From Nitrospinales bacterium (GTDB taxonomy: Bacteria; Nitrospinota; Nitrospinia; Nitrospinales; VA-1), in contig CBDCWG010000001.1 of assembly GCA_965223345.1 (NCBI GenBank), positions 1 to 64,000 of the forward strand: a DNA stretch of 64,000 bases, read 5' to 3'. This document shows, in pieces, positions 19,565 through 29,591 of this stretch; within the stretch, counting starts at the first letter, position 1, and each line of letters starts with the position of its first letter. The notes beneath the pieces are model-generated. The model was given only the letters and a program-made list of their open reading frames with translations, was not told the DNA's origin and ran no database searches. Both the position numbers and the translations under genes were made by a program.

Positions 19565-20162
19565 TTAATAGGAAAAATAAAGAGGGTTTACGGTTGAAAA
19601 AATAGAGATAGCCGATGCTCAGTAAGAGCTGGTTGAGGACTTTTGATTCAATTATAAAAATTGATGCAATAATATATACAGAAAGAAATTTATGAGTATC
19701 ATTCCGGATGAAAATTATTTTTCAAAATATTACATTGAATTTGGTTATTTTACGATGATATTAAAGGTTATGGGGGGATATATAAATTCAGTTGAGTAAG
19801 GGGGGAAAGGGGTTAGCTCTTTCCCATAAGGATAATCTTTTCAAAATTGAGAAGGGATGGGGGGGTATTTTAGGTGTTCGCATTGGAAAATGCGGTCAAT
19901 CTGTTCAAATGCTATTTGCAATAGGGCTTCATGCTATTAAGCTCTTTTGTAGTTCATTCAGCTCTGAATTGGATTTGAAGGAAATCTCAATCGAACATAT
20001 ATTACGATCTTGGAACTCCCAGAATGTTTTTTTCTAGAGACTTGATTGAAAGAAATGCAAGTTGATGACGATGTCCAAAAGAATCGTCTTTATAATCTCA
20101 ATTGACTCGGATATCGCCAGTCGAGGTTTTTCTTGAATCTATTAATTGGAGAATTTATCAAG

Positions 20163-21085
20163 TTATAAGTATTTAAAATTATTTTTTAGTTTTTTGATGC
20201 CTGATAACAAGAAAAAAATAAAGATAAATCCAATTGTAATTAAAGATCCTGCCAATCCAATGAAATGCAATTTCTGCGGTGAATACTCCACCACAATATT
20301 CATGTTGATTGTCCCATCGGATTCTTTTAAATATTGACTTCCAGTTTTATCATTTAAGTCTTTTAAAAAATTGCGATCAATATACCATACATTTGAAAAC
20401 CCATTGAAATTCCAATGAAACCTCTCTGGCCACTCTACCAATGGATTGAGGTTCAACCAATTCCTTAAGGTTGCGGGAAGAGATGAGTTTATTAGAAACG
20501 CATTCAATTCCAAGTGGCCACTTTCTTCACATTTCACCCCCTCGCAATCTCTTTTTAAAATTGAAATATCTAATTGGTGGGCGCCAAAAGTGCTCAGAGG
20601 ATTTTCCCAGGAACTTAAGAAGGAACTGTTTTTGTCTTGAAATTGTTGATGAGGGAAAAAATACAACTTCCAGTCAGAATCGAAACTTTCACTCAGATGT
20701 ATAAAAAATGAGGACGGTGTTTGGCTCACTCTGTATAAATACTTAGTCGGATTCAATTTGGTGACTTGAATATCTGGAGAGGGAAGGAAATTTTTGTTGC
20801 CATAGATTACAGTGGCATACTCACGGTCTATTATCGATTTTACTTTGAAGCCTTTAGTGCTGAGGACGCTGGAGGCGATTTGGCATGTGATTAAGCATTG
20901 TTTGAACAAAAAAAAACTGGATCCTTGAAGTTTTTATTTATAAATATTGATTCCAGTATTAATTCGTTAAATGTGTCATCTGCCTTTACCTCATTCACGT
21001 TTCCTGATCCTGATAGAGAAAGGGTGATTATTAGAATTAAAGTGATCCAAGAAGGTTTTGTTTGAAATGGACTGGGGAAATTCAA
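20163..21085 (-). pseudogene. Exported/membrane-anchored protein split by a frameshift in a T9 tract (ORFs 20891-21085 and 20163-20909)
   Basis: One extra T in the A9 run at 20908-20916 joins the signal-peptide ORF to the downstream ORF, giving 307 aa; motifs KLNPTKY, LSESFDSDW, NGFSNVW, EYSPQ plus a C-terminal TM. Confidence 0.65.
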
Positions 21086-22911
21086 AAACTCACTCCTGTC
21101 GGTCGGCGGCTCGTTATTTCATAAAAACGGAAATATTGATTATCAGTCAATAAATGGAAAAATTTCTCATTCTCCAAAGCAGCAGCGAAGTCTTGCCAAG
21201 CTGCTAAGGAATCCTTAACCGGAAGCAGGTCTTTGTGGATGAGAATAAAATCAAAGTCAAACCGCTTTAGGGTTGAGTGAACCTTTAAGTGTTGTCTCTC
21301 GATTATATGGATTTTCAGAGTTTGTAAAAATTCTGGAGGGAATTTGGACCACCCTGCAGATCTCAATGAATTCAATGTATGCAATATTTCCGGCATTGGC
21401 AAGTTGCGATTCCATCGATACCGGATGTAACTTCTGAAATAGGGGAGAATCAAGGTTCTTCCATTTGGTTTTGACAAAACGAGGTTTGCCAGATTCTGGT
21501 ATTCCTCGGGAATGGAGAAATAAGGAAGCCGACGCCCCAAAGAATGTATGTGCATTTCTCCGCTAGAATAAATATTGCGGGGTTTGGGGAGGCGGTCAAA
21601 AATGCTGAATCCGTTATGAGTCATAATCGCCAAACAGAAGGTTATTATTATCAAAAAAGTTAGTGGGATGGTGTGATTGTTTTTATTTCTAGTGTCAGCA
21701 TATTTTAACGCTTCTGAAATTATGAATGCTAAAAAAACCGTAGACAAAATAGAGAGGGTCGATAGGAAGTAATTTGGATTGTTTAAAATCCAAAATCCCG
21801 GAATTATTTGCATGAGGCTGCGGTAAAGTCCTGAGCCAAAAATGATACTAAGTAAAGTTGCAGCGAGGAAGAGAAAGACGATCGGAGGAATATGAAGGGG
21901 AGAACGCGGTTTTTTTTTCAGACTCCAATACAAACCAAGATAAAGAACTCCGGGCAATGCCAAAGAAAGGGGTCTTAAAATTCCGTAAGAATAATATTCA
22001 GTGTAAGGCATTGGAACATTCAAAGTTAGACGCAGAGTATGGAGAGGGCTACTTTTTCCTGTCAACATATTTACGATCTTGTTAACTCGGTCCTCAAACG
22101 ATATTTGCGTGGGTAAAAACTCAGATGTGGATTTTTCCCACACGAATGTAGAGGCGGGTAAAAGAGTGTATAGATTTAAACAAAAACCAAAAACAACCAA
22201 TATTGTCAGACTTTTGGTGGCTCGAGAGATGTCGATTTTGCCAAATCTTGCGGGTTTGAAAATAACCCAGATTGAAGCCTGCAATGGCGCTAAGATTGCC
22301 ATCAAATACAAATACCGGGGCATGGAAAACATCAGAAAAGAACCGACTATCACAGGTAGGAGGTGTTGGTTTTTGAGGGTATCCAGATACCGTTGCCACC
22401 CTGCTAGGGCAAGAATGAACCCCGCAAACGCAAGATCCACAGTTGGGGAAAGGTGAGCCTGAGGAGGAGATGTTGCTAGGAAAAAAGAAGCGGCCACTGC
22501 CGCGAAATGCTTATGCCGGGATTTTATGCGATATACTGCCAAATAATAAGTGACAAATAAAATCAATAAGGTGGGTAATATAAAATATAAGCGGTTAATC
22601 ACCCACAGTGGAATTCCCAAATCTTCAAGTTTGGCAAGAAACCCATAAAATGCCAATGAAACACCGAAACGAGGTAGCGGCGCCGAACCCAAAGCATTAT
22701 TGGAATCTTCTTGCCAGGAAAAAAAATAATGGTCCAGCCTGCCTTTCAGGTGGAAGGGAAACAAGCCGTCTCCCACGCTGAAAAACCGATTGCTCTTAAA
22801 ATAATCAGGGGAAATCCATAAGAAAATACTCAGCAGGGTTAAGCTCAAAGGTACCAAAAAGGTTTTCGAGTTTACCCTGATTTTGAAGATTCTATCTTTC
22901 AAATTAAACAA
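21082..22911 (-). CDS. Multi-TM GT-C-like membrane protein, paralogue of 17720-19564
   Basis: Shared motifs GD..FPF, SN.ALGS, GIPLW.INRL, MPRY.YL, IPGFWILNNP, IPEEY, MPEIL, IHKD. Confidence 0.72.
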   Translation of the reverse strand: MFNLKDRIFKIRVNSKTFLVPLSLTLLSIFLWISPDYFKSNRFFSVGDGLFPFHLKGRLDHYFFSWQEDSNNALGSAPLPRFGVSLAFYGFLAKLEDLGIPLWVINRLYFILPTLLILFVTYYLAVYRIKSRHKHFAAVAASFFLATSPPQAHLSPTVDLAFAGFILALAGWQRYLDTLKNQHLLPVIVGSFLMFSMPRYLYLMAILAPLQASIWVIFKPARFGKIDISRATKSLTILVVFGFCLNLYTLLPASTFVWEKSTSEFLPTQISFEDRVNKIVNMLTGKSSPLHTLRLTLNVPMPYTEYYSYGILRPLSLALPGVLYLGLYWSLKKKPRSPLHIPPIVFLFLAATLLSIIFGSGLYRSLMQIIPGFWILNNPNYFLSTLSILSTVFLAFIISEALKYADTRNKNNHTIPLTFLIIITFCLAIMTHNGFSIFDRLPKPRNIYSSGEMHIHSLGRRLPYFSIPEEYQNLANLVLSKPNGRTLILPYFRSYIRYRWNRNLPMPEILHTLNSLRSAGWSKFPPEFLQTLKIHIIERQHLKVHSTLKRFDFDFILIHKDLLPVKDSLAAWQDFAAALENEKFFHLLTDNQYFRFYEITSRRPTGVSF

Positions 22912-23075
22912 ATGAGTGAAAAAGCGAATGATGAAATATATTCGAAGTAAAGATGGGTTTTTCGTTTTTGGGTAAAACCAGGATGAAGCTATCAGGATAA
23001 TAAATTGTGTGAGAAAAACTCTGGAATATTCTCATTTTATATAGGGGGGGAATCAATTTGTGAAGCCAATATTTA

Positions 23076-23777
23076 TTATTTTTTAAGGGAGATCGTAAAA
23101 GATTTGCTGAAGGTATTGTATCTATTGAACTCTCTTATCTCGATGTCATCGTTTTCACTAAGCCATTCACTCAAAGCTTTTTCCTCTCCAGCTTTATCTG
23201 GGTAGCAATAGAAATCATCAAAATCTAATACCGCACCTTTGGCAAGAAACGGTTTAATGAAATTTAATACGGTTTTTGTGGAGGTATAGTAATCACAATC
23301 AATATGAGCGTAGATAATTTTTTTTATTTTGTGTCTACTAAAAGTTTCCAAGTTCATGGTTTGTTCGAAAAAGCCAGGAATAAAAATGACGGAACTTGAG
23401 GGCAATCCGTTCTTTCTCATATTGCTGTGGACAGCTTCTATGGAATCGCTATAGTCCCCGGCTTTCCAATAAGGATGCAAATCAGATTGGTGGTTTGTGG
23501 CTGGCAGGCCCTGAAATGAATCAAATCCAAAAAAAGTCATTCCCTTTAAATTGTTATATTTTTGAGAAATATTGTAAATGTCGATCAGGGACCTCCCATT
23601 TCCTACTCCAAACTGACAAAACGCCAAGTTTTCGTGGTTCCCTTCATATTGTATATTCAAATATTCGAGACAACGATGGTAGTTCGCATTAGCTTCTAAC
23701 CGCAAATAGTACTTTGAAAAGAAGTAGCGAAAATGTCTTAAAAAAGGGCTCATCAATATTTTGTCAAAAAAAATCAT
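23076..23777 (-). CDS. TylF/MycF/NovP-family O-methyltransferase
   Basis: FGVGNG, GFDSFQGLP, GFFEQT, HIDCDYY.ST, FDDF motifs. Confidence 0.88.
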   Translation of the reverse strand: MIFFDKILMSPFLRHFRYFFSKYYLRLEANANYHRCLEYLNIQYEGNHENLAFCQFGVGNGRSLIDIYNISQKYNNLKGMTFFGFDSFQGLPATNHQSDLHPYWKAGDYSDSIEAVHSNMRKNGLPSSSVIFIPGFFEQTMNLETFSRHKIKKIIYAHIDCDYYTSTKTVLNFIKPFLAKGAVLDFDDFYCYPDKAGEEKALSEWLSENDDIEIREFNRYNTFSKSFTISLKK

Positions 23778-23947
23778 GTTGTTTCTTTCTGAATATAGTG
23801 AAAGTCTGGGCCTTTTTCTGACTAACTATGTTGGATTTGATTTTGGAGCGACTGAAAGCGAGAACCTTATTTTTTTACTCCATCGTATTGGTTGCAGAAA
23901 CAATGACAATAATCGTAGGAATCGTGGCTATGTTGCAACGCACTGGA

Positions 23948-24718
23948 TCAATCTCGGACGGTGGACTGTTTTAATTTTTTCAGCTCCAGAAGTGCCAATC
24001 CATAGCGGTCGGCGCTGCCTTTGAGCTTCTCCGCTTCCTCCGCTGTCGCTTCAATCCAATCTTCATCGCTATCGAAAGTGTAGTACCTCTCGGTCACTGT
24101 ATTGAAACCCTGCGTCAGCTTCTGGATCCTGTCTCTGTCATAGATTCTATGATAAGGAGCGATCACTTCACCCTGTCCGAACGGGACGGTGATCAGCGCC
24201 GTGCCTCCGGGTCTCAATATATTCAAAAAAACCTGAGCCATGTCCAGATCAGCGCGCTCGTTTTCCACCGCTCCATACCTGCCGCCCAGTCCCACGTGTT
24301 CGATCGTGGAAATGCAGGTGATGATATCGAACTCATCGTTATTGAAAGGAGTTTGCAGCACATCCCTCAAGGCAAACTCGAAGTTCTTGAACGTGAGTTT
24401 ATTGAGGATTTCATAGGGGCGGATATCGCAACCCGTCACTTGATACCCTAAGGCCGCTGCCATGAGCGGGAAAAAGCTGCCCGAAGAGCCGATATCGAGT
24501 AATTTCCCTTTTTCTGTCGGCAGATGTTCAAAAACGAAGGGATACTCTAAAAATCGATCCGTAGGCTTGGACGGAGTGCTCATGTGAATGTCCGGAAAAG
24601 CCGAGCCCAGACATTTGAGGCCCACTTTCACAACCGAATTGTAGATAAGGCGTTTGACTGATTTATTGTCTGTAGTGGGCAAAGGAAGACGATGTTTTGA
24701 ATTGTTGATTACTAACAA
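23948..24718 (-). CDS. Class I SAM-dependent methyltransferase (DUF268-like); start uncertain
   Basis: R.LEYPF, LLDIGS, ISTIEHVGLG.RYG, LRPGG, TVPFG motifs. Confidence 0.8.
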   Translation of the reverse strand: MLVINNSKHRLPLPTTDNKSVKRLIYNSVVKVGLKCLGSAFPDIHMSTPSKPTDRFLEYPFVFEHLPTEKGKLLDIGSSGSFFPLMAAALGYQVTGCDIRPYEILNKLTFKNFEFALRDVLQTPFNNDEFDIITCISTIEHVGLGGRYGAVENERADLDMAQVFLNILRPGGTALITVPFGQGEVIAPYHRIYDRDRIQKLTQGFNTVTERYYTFDSDEDWIEATAEEAEKLKGSADRYGLALLELKKLKQSTVRD

Positions 24719-24771
24719 AAAATGATCGGATATCCTGCAGCCTAAAAAATAGTGAATCTTTTATCAAGTAT

Positions 24772-25995
24772 TCAAATTTTGCCATTCCAGCCAGCGAAAG
24801 TTTCCGCGAAGGCCCGCTCGAAAATTTCGGGTGCCCGGCAGAAGGGTTTGAACCTCTCAAGGCCTTCCATATAGGGCTGTAATCCATCCTCTTTTTCCAG
24901 CATTTTGCGAACCGCAACGGTGAATGCCTCTTTATCATACGGAATGGCTTCCCCTGCACCCGTCTCCTCGATCAACTTGGAAATCTGCGGGACCTGAGTG
25001 ATCAGAATGGGAAGTCCGAGCAGCGCGTAGAGCTTGGGTTTTCCGGGGTCCGCATACACCGAATTGTCTCCCGCTCCACCCGTCCAGGTGGCGATCCCGA
25101 TCCGGCAGCGCGACAGAATGTCGTTGACCTCTTCATCCTTTTCCACGAATCCGTGAAACAGCACGCAATCGTCCAGTCCTGCCTTGGCAACCCGTTGCAC
25201 CAGCCGTTCCCGGTCCGGCCCGTGCCCGATCAACCGAATTTTCAGATCCGGCATGTGTTGTTTGAGCGCCGGAAGGGAGTCGATGACGAGATCCAGTCCC
25301 TGGTTTTCCGTCAACGTACCGACGAATCCCAGTGTCCAGCGTTCTCGCTCCTTGAGAGGCAGACATCGCTCGAACCCTTCCGTATATCCCAGCGGCACCA
25401 CCAGCCTGTCGTAAGATTCCACAGGGACGCCTTCGCTTTTCAGGCGTCCATCGCGAATTCGGGGTGAGATGTCCCAGACCCGGTCTGCGAGTTTCACCAC
25501 CCTCGCATCCAATTTTCGCAATAAATAACAGAATCCGCGATCGAACCAGGTGGTCCCGAAGTAATAATCCAGGCAATAATAGACCACCTTATCGACGCGA
25601 CCCAGTTTTTTCAGGATCAAGCCCAGAAGTGTAGAGAAGAGGGCGATGCCCACGAACACATCGAACTTCTGGTCCAGTTTTCGAGTTGCTGAAAAAAACA
25701 GAAAAACATTGAGCAGGAAAGAAATCAGAATCAGCGGCATCGTCAAGGATGTCGGATTGGGAACCGTGTATTGTGGCAGGGACCGTTCTTTTTTAAGGAC
25801 ACCGTCGGCATAGAGGCTCACTCGCCCACGCCCGCGGCGGGCAAGGGGGCTCAAAAAACCGATCACCCCCAGACGGCGTGCCCTGGGTAAAAGAAAGCTC
25901 TCCAGCGTTTCCGTGCGGCTGGTTTTCAACTGGCCGCAGATCAGGATGTCTGTGGATTGCAATCCTGCACCGTTAACTGCCAAATTCAACACCAA
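24772..25995 (-). CDS. GT4 glycosyltransferase
   Basis: GFVGTL...QGLD, IGHGP, FHGFV, PGKPKLYALLGLP (GT-B C-terminal domain); start uncertain. Confidence 0.82.
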   Translation of the reverse strand: MVLNLAVNGAGLQSTDILICGQLKTSRTETLESFLLPRARRLGVIGFLSPLARRGRGRVSLYADGVLKKERSLPQYTVPNPTSLTMPLILISFLLNVFLFFSATRKLDQKFDVFVGIALFSTLLGLILKKLGRVDKVVYYCLDYYFGTTWFDRGFCYLLRKLDARVVKLADRVWDISPRIRDGRLKSEGVPVESYDRLVVPLGYTEGFERCLPLKERERWTLGFVGTLTENQGLDLVIDSLPALKQHMPDLKIRLIGHGPDRERLVQRVAKAGLDDCVLFHGFVEKDEEVNDILSRCRIGIATWTGGAGDNSVYADPGKPKLYALLGLPILITQVPQISKLIEETGAGEAIPYDKEAFTVAVRKMLEKEDGLQPYMEGLERFKPFCRAPEIFERAFAETFAGWNGKI

Positions 25996-26017
25996 AAAAA
26001 ATTTTCAGAAGGAATCT

Positions 26018-27070
26018 TCAACCGAAATAGTGCTTCCAATTGGGGCCGTCGTGATTGCGGACGAAGTCGAAAAACAGCCGGATTTTCTCCGGAATTTTTT
26101 TCATGTCCCGCATGATTTCCCAATCGCTGACCTTGCGAAATTGCTGAACTTTCCGCCGCCTGCGCATCGTGTCGAGAAAGCGGCTGAGGTTCCATTTTAC
26201 CGCCCGGTAGCCGGACTGGGCGATTTTTCCTTTGCCCATGACCAGGAAAAAAGTCATCTCCATGAACAGCAGAAAAAAGTAGACGGGCAGGATGCCCATC
26301 AAAGTGAACCCGGAATAGTTTTTGAGCAACGTTCTCAATGTGTTGCGTTCCGAGATGAAACGTTTTTCCGCCCGGTTGTGGGTTTTCCCCAGAGTGGCGC
26401 TCACCCGGTGGTACAAAAACGCCTTCGGTTCCACCACCACCCGGTACCCCGCCAGGTGGGCGCGCCAGGACAGGTCGATGTCGTCCGCCAGCGTCAGATA
26501 CTCCGGGTCGTAGCCGTCGATGATTTCAAGCAGGTCCTTGCGGATGAACATGGCCCCGCCGAAGGAAAAGAACACATCCGTGGAAAAATCCAGCTGGCCC
26601 GTGTCCGGCTCGTTGATTCCGCGCGATGCGGGAAAGCCGAAAATATCCAGATCCGCGCCCACACTGTCGATTTCCGGTACCAGCTCGTCGTTTTTGATGC
26701 GCCGCATTTTCACCGTGACGATACCGATTTTCGCATCGGACTCGGCTTTCGCCACCAGGTGGTTGAGGATTTCCCGGTCGAACTCCATATCGTTGCTCAC
26801 CCAGAAAATATATTTCCCCTCGGCTCCCGGGATCGCCACATTGCTGCCTTCGGCGGTGCCCAGGTTGCGTTCGTTCTGAATGATGCGAAACTCCGGGTAG
26901 TGCTCGCGCACGAACTCCACACTGCCGTCTGTGGAACCGTTATCGACGATGATGACCTCGTAATTGGGGTAATTGAGGTTTTTCAGGCTCGGCAGATGCT
27001 TTTCCAGCAATGCCCGGCCGTTCCAGGTCACATTGACAACGCTCACACGCGGAAACTCGGCTTCACCCAT
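26018..27070 (-). CDS. GT2 glycosyltransferase
   Basis: VDNGSTDGS, NLGTAEGSN, SND, GGAMFIR, DDIDLSWR motifs. Confidence 0.92.
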   Translation of the reverse strand: MGEAEFPRVSVVNVTWNGRALLEKHLPSLKNLNYPNYEVIIVDNGSTDGSVEFVREHYPEFRIIQNERNLGTAEGSNVAIPGAEGKYIFWVSNDMEFDREILNHLVAKAESDAKIGIVTVKMRRIKNDELVPEIDSVGADLDIFGFPASRGINEPDTGQLDFSTDVFFSFGGAMFIRKDLLEIIDGYDPEYLTLADDIDLSWRAHLAGYRVVVEPKAFLYHRVSATLGKTHNRAEKRFISERNTLRTLLKNYSGFTLMGILPVYFFLLFMEMTFFLVMGKGKIAQSGYRAVKWNLSRFLDTMRRRRKVQQFRKVSDWEIMRDMKKIPEKIRLFFDFVRNHDGPNWKHYFG

Positions 27071-27085
27071 GTGATATCTCTCCCT

Positions 27086-28459
27086 TCATCCGGTTTTGTT
27101 CAAAAGCTGGAGCCGCGGGCCTTCGCCGGAACCCTGGCGGGAGCGGGCGATGCCCAGGCATACCGTCTCAAACGCATCGCCCAGGCGATCGGCATCGAGG
27201 ATTCTCCAGCAGTCGAGCACGATCGTCGGGCTGAAGCGGCTCCATCCCGGCTGGATGGCCTTGAACGCCGCATCCGGCGTTGCCAGCACACAGATGGGAG
27301 CGGCGCCGACGCATTCCTCCGCCGAGGCGGCGTAGCGCACCTTGTCGCCGAAATGCGCTTTCGTGTTTTCCAGCGCCAGCGGGTCGTAAACATTGATCAC
27401 CACATCCTCCCGCTTCAGCAACGCCTCGATGATCTTGATGCTGGGCGATTCTTCGATCACCCGCGTCTTCGGCTTGTAGCTCAACCCGAGGATCGAGACC
27501 GCCTGCTTCGGCGCCTGGGGCAGCAGATCGGCGATCTTGTCGGCCAGCCGCTCCACCTGGACGCCGTTGACCGCATCGGTGGCGCGTGCGAGTTGCGCGT
27601 CCACCCCCAGCTCCTCGGCGAACGCCGCGAACGCCTTGTTGTCCCGTGGAAAGCAGGGGCCGCCGTAGCTCAGGCCGCCTTTGAGATAATACGGCGCGAT
27701 GCGCTTGTCCGCCCCCAGCGCGCCGGTGACATCGTCGATATTGGCTCCGGGGATGTTTTCGCAGATCTGCGCCAGCGTGTTGGCGAAACTGATTTTCATC
27801 GTGACATACGAGTTCAGGCTGATCTTGGTGACCTCCGCGCTGGCCAGCGACATGCGCGCATAGTGCGGATCGGTTTCGCACACCTTTTCGTAGATCGAAG
27901 CGAGCAGCTGGCCTGCCCTGGCGTCGCTTTCTCCCAGAAGCACCATGTCCGGGTTGAGAAAATCGTGGATCACACTGCCCAGAGCGATGAATTCCGGATT
28001 ATAGCAGATGCCGAAATCCCGGTTCAGCTTCAGTTTCGATTCCCGCTCGATCAATGGAATCAATTCTTTCTCCAGCGCCCCCGGTGACACCGTGCTGGTG
28101 ATGACGATCAGGTGATACGCTTTCTTCGCCTTGCCCAGGGCCCGGGCCAGCTCCGTGAGCGCCTCTTCCAGATACGCGTTGGAGAAATGACCGTCCTCGC
28201 GGCTGGGGGTCGGGACGATGAGAAACGAAACCTCCGTTTCCTTCACCGCACGGTCGTAGTCCATCGTCGCAGACAGTTTATCGCGGGAGCCTTTGATGAG
28301 TTCGTCGAGCCCCGGCTCGTAAAGCGGCGCGTAGCCCTCATTGAACGCCTTGACAAATGCTTTGCTGATATCGACGCCGAGCGTTTCGAATCCCTTATGG
28401 GCAAAACAGGCCGCCGTGCAGGCCCCGAGTTTTCCCAGACCGATCACAGATAGTTTCAT
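27086..28459 (-). CDS. UDP-glucose/GDP-mannose dehydrogenase-family nucleotide-sugar 6-dehydrogenase
   Basis: GLGKLG Rossmann motif, VPTP, STVSPG, YNPEF, YGGPCFPRD catalytic Cys; ATG at 28459. Confidence 0.92.
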   Translation of the reverse strand: MKLSVIGLGKLGACTAACFAHKGFETLGVDISKAFVKAFNEGYAPLYEPGLDELIKGSRDKLSATMDYDRAVKETEVSFLIVPTPSREDGHFSNAYLEEALTELARALGKAKKAYHLIVITSTVSPGALEKELIPLIERESKLKLNRDFGICYNPEFIALGSVIHDFLNPDMVLLGESDARAGQLLASIYEKVCETDPHYARMSLASAEVTKISLNSYVTMKISFANTLAQICENIPGANIDDVTGALGADKRIAPYYLKGGLSYGGPCFPRDNKAFAAFAEELGVDAQLARATDAVNGVQVERLADKIADLLPQAPKQAVSILGLSYKPKTRVIEESPSIKIIEALLKREDVVINVYDPLALENTKAHFGDKVRYAASAEECVGAAPICVLATPDAAFKAIQPGWSRFSPTIVLDCWRILDADRLGDAFETVCLGIARSRQGSGEGPRLQLLNKTG

Positions 28460-28512
28460 AGGATTGGTAATTCCTTTATTTAATTGAATAAATTGAAGGG
28501 TATGCCCAGGTA

Positions 28513-29544
28513 TTAAGGTGAGGCCACTGGCGCACGCCTGGTACGAACCAGGCTCCACAAATCCCGGAACCCTTTTTTTAGGACCTCGAAGCAAATGACC
28601 GCGCTCAGGCCGGTTGAAGCGGGACCGTGCCAGAGCATGCAGATCCGTTTCTCCTTGATAACAAGAAATATCCCGTCCAGCAAAGGGAAAATGCCGCTCA
28701 AACCATACAGGACGAACAGGTACTTGCGGAATTTTCGATAAGGAGTCATGTATTTCAAACGATTATCGAACCCCGAGCTTTGTGTGTACAAGCTGTTGCG
28801 AATTCGCCACGTGTATTTTTTCAAGTAATGGCTGAAATTCTCCAGATGGTGATGGTATACCCCAGCTTTCGGCACATAGGCGATGCCGTTTCCGTCCTCG
28901 ATCATCTGAATGATCGGCAGGATATCGTCCGATTCAAAACCCGCCCGCCGTTTGAAAGACCCGCGTACCCCGAATCCTTGGGCCAGAGCCACGAGTGGAT
29001 GCGTAAGCGGTGTGTAGTCGAACACAATGGAATTGCTGGTGGTTTTCCGCACCGGGTAATGCCGGTGAAAATCCCTTGGATTCGAAGCCGCTCCATAAAC
29101 AAACCAGGTGAACGGCTCCACATGCAGACGGCAGTAGTATTCCGTGAATGAATTGTCCCCTTCCGCCGGAAGGATCTGCGTGAAGGCTCCGATGATATTG
29201 GGATCCTCCAGAAACGGTTGAATCATCAAGCGAATCCAGTCCTTACGCGGCAGACCGTTGTCCGCCGCCAGCACGAAAATGATGTCCGCATCGGTTTGCT
29301 GCATCGCAAGTGCATTGCCCGGTTCGGCAAGGACATGCGGATTGGGGATCACTTTCGCTCCGTAGGACTTCGCCACGGACACCGATTCGTCCTTGGATCC
29401 TCCGTCGGCGACGATGATTTCCACCCGTTCTTCGGGGTAATCCTGCTCTGCAAACGTTTCAAGACAACGCGGCAGAATCTCCGCTGCGTTCAGAACCGGC
29501 AGGATCAGCGCCACTTTCGGCAGTGATGGGGAAGGGGGCATCAT
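28513..29544 (-). CDS. GT2 glycosyltransferase
   Basis: ILPVLN, ADGGSKD, AADN (DxD variant), YHHH; C-terminal hydrophobic segment. Confidence 0.88.
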   Translation of the reverse strand: MMPPSPSLPKVALILPVLNAAEILPRCLETFAEQDYPEERVEIIVADGGSKDESVSVAKSYGAKVIPNPHVLAEPGNALAMQQTDADIIFVLAADNGLPRKDWIRLMIQPFLEDPNIIGAFTQILPAEGDNSFTEYYCRLHVEPFTWFVYGAASNPRDFHRHYPVRKTTSNSIVFDYTPLTHPLVALAQGFGVRGSFKRRAGFESDDILPIIQMIEDGNGIAYVPKAGVYHHHLENFSHYLKKYTWRIRNSLYTQSSGFDNRLKYMTPYRKFRKYLFVLYGLSGIFPLLDGIFLVIKEKRICMLWHGPASTGLSAVICFEVLKKGFRDLWSLVRTRRAPVASP

Positions 29545-29591
29545 CGGATCAGTGCGTGACGATTCGAATCGATCAAGGATTTGCAGGTCTG

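Larger units (their letters stand above)
12400..24000. other. AT-rich (likely horizontally acquired) block within the glycan locus; boundaries approximate
   Basis: Visible shift to A/T-rich sequence and loss of the antisense shadow ORFs seen in the GC-rich flanks; no integrase or att site recognised. Confidence 0.75.

Noticed and set aside
25913..28087. 724-aa plus-strand ORF (and similar long ORFs such as 91-1512, 34115-35770, 36436-37659, 39647-41101, 51708-52772)
   Set aside because: Antisense shadows of well-supported minus-strand genes; expected from GC-rich codon bias; no recognisable domains
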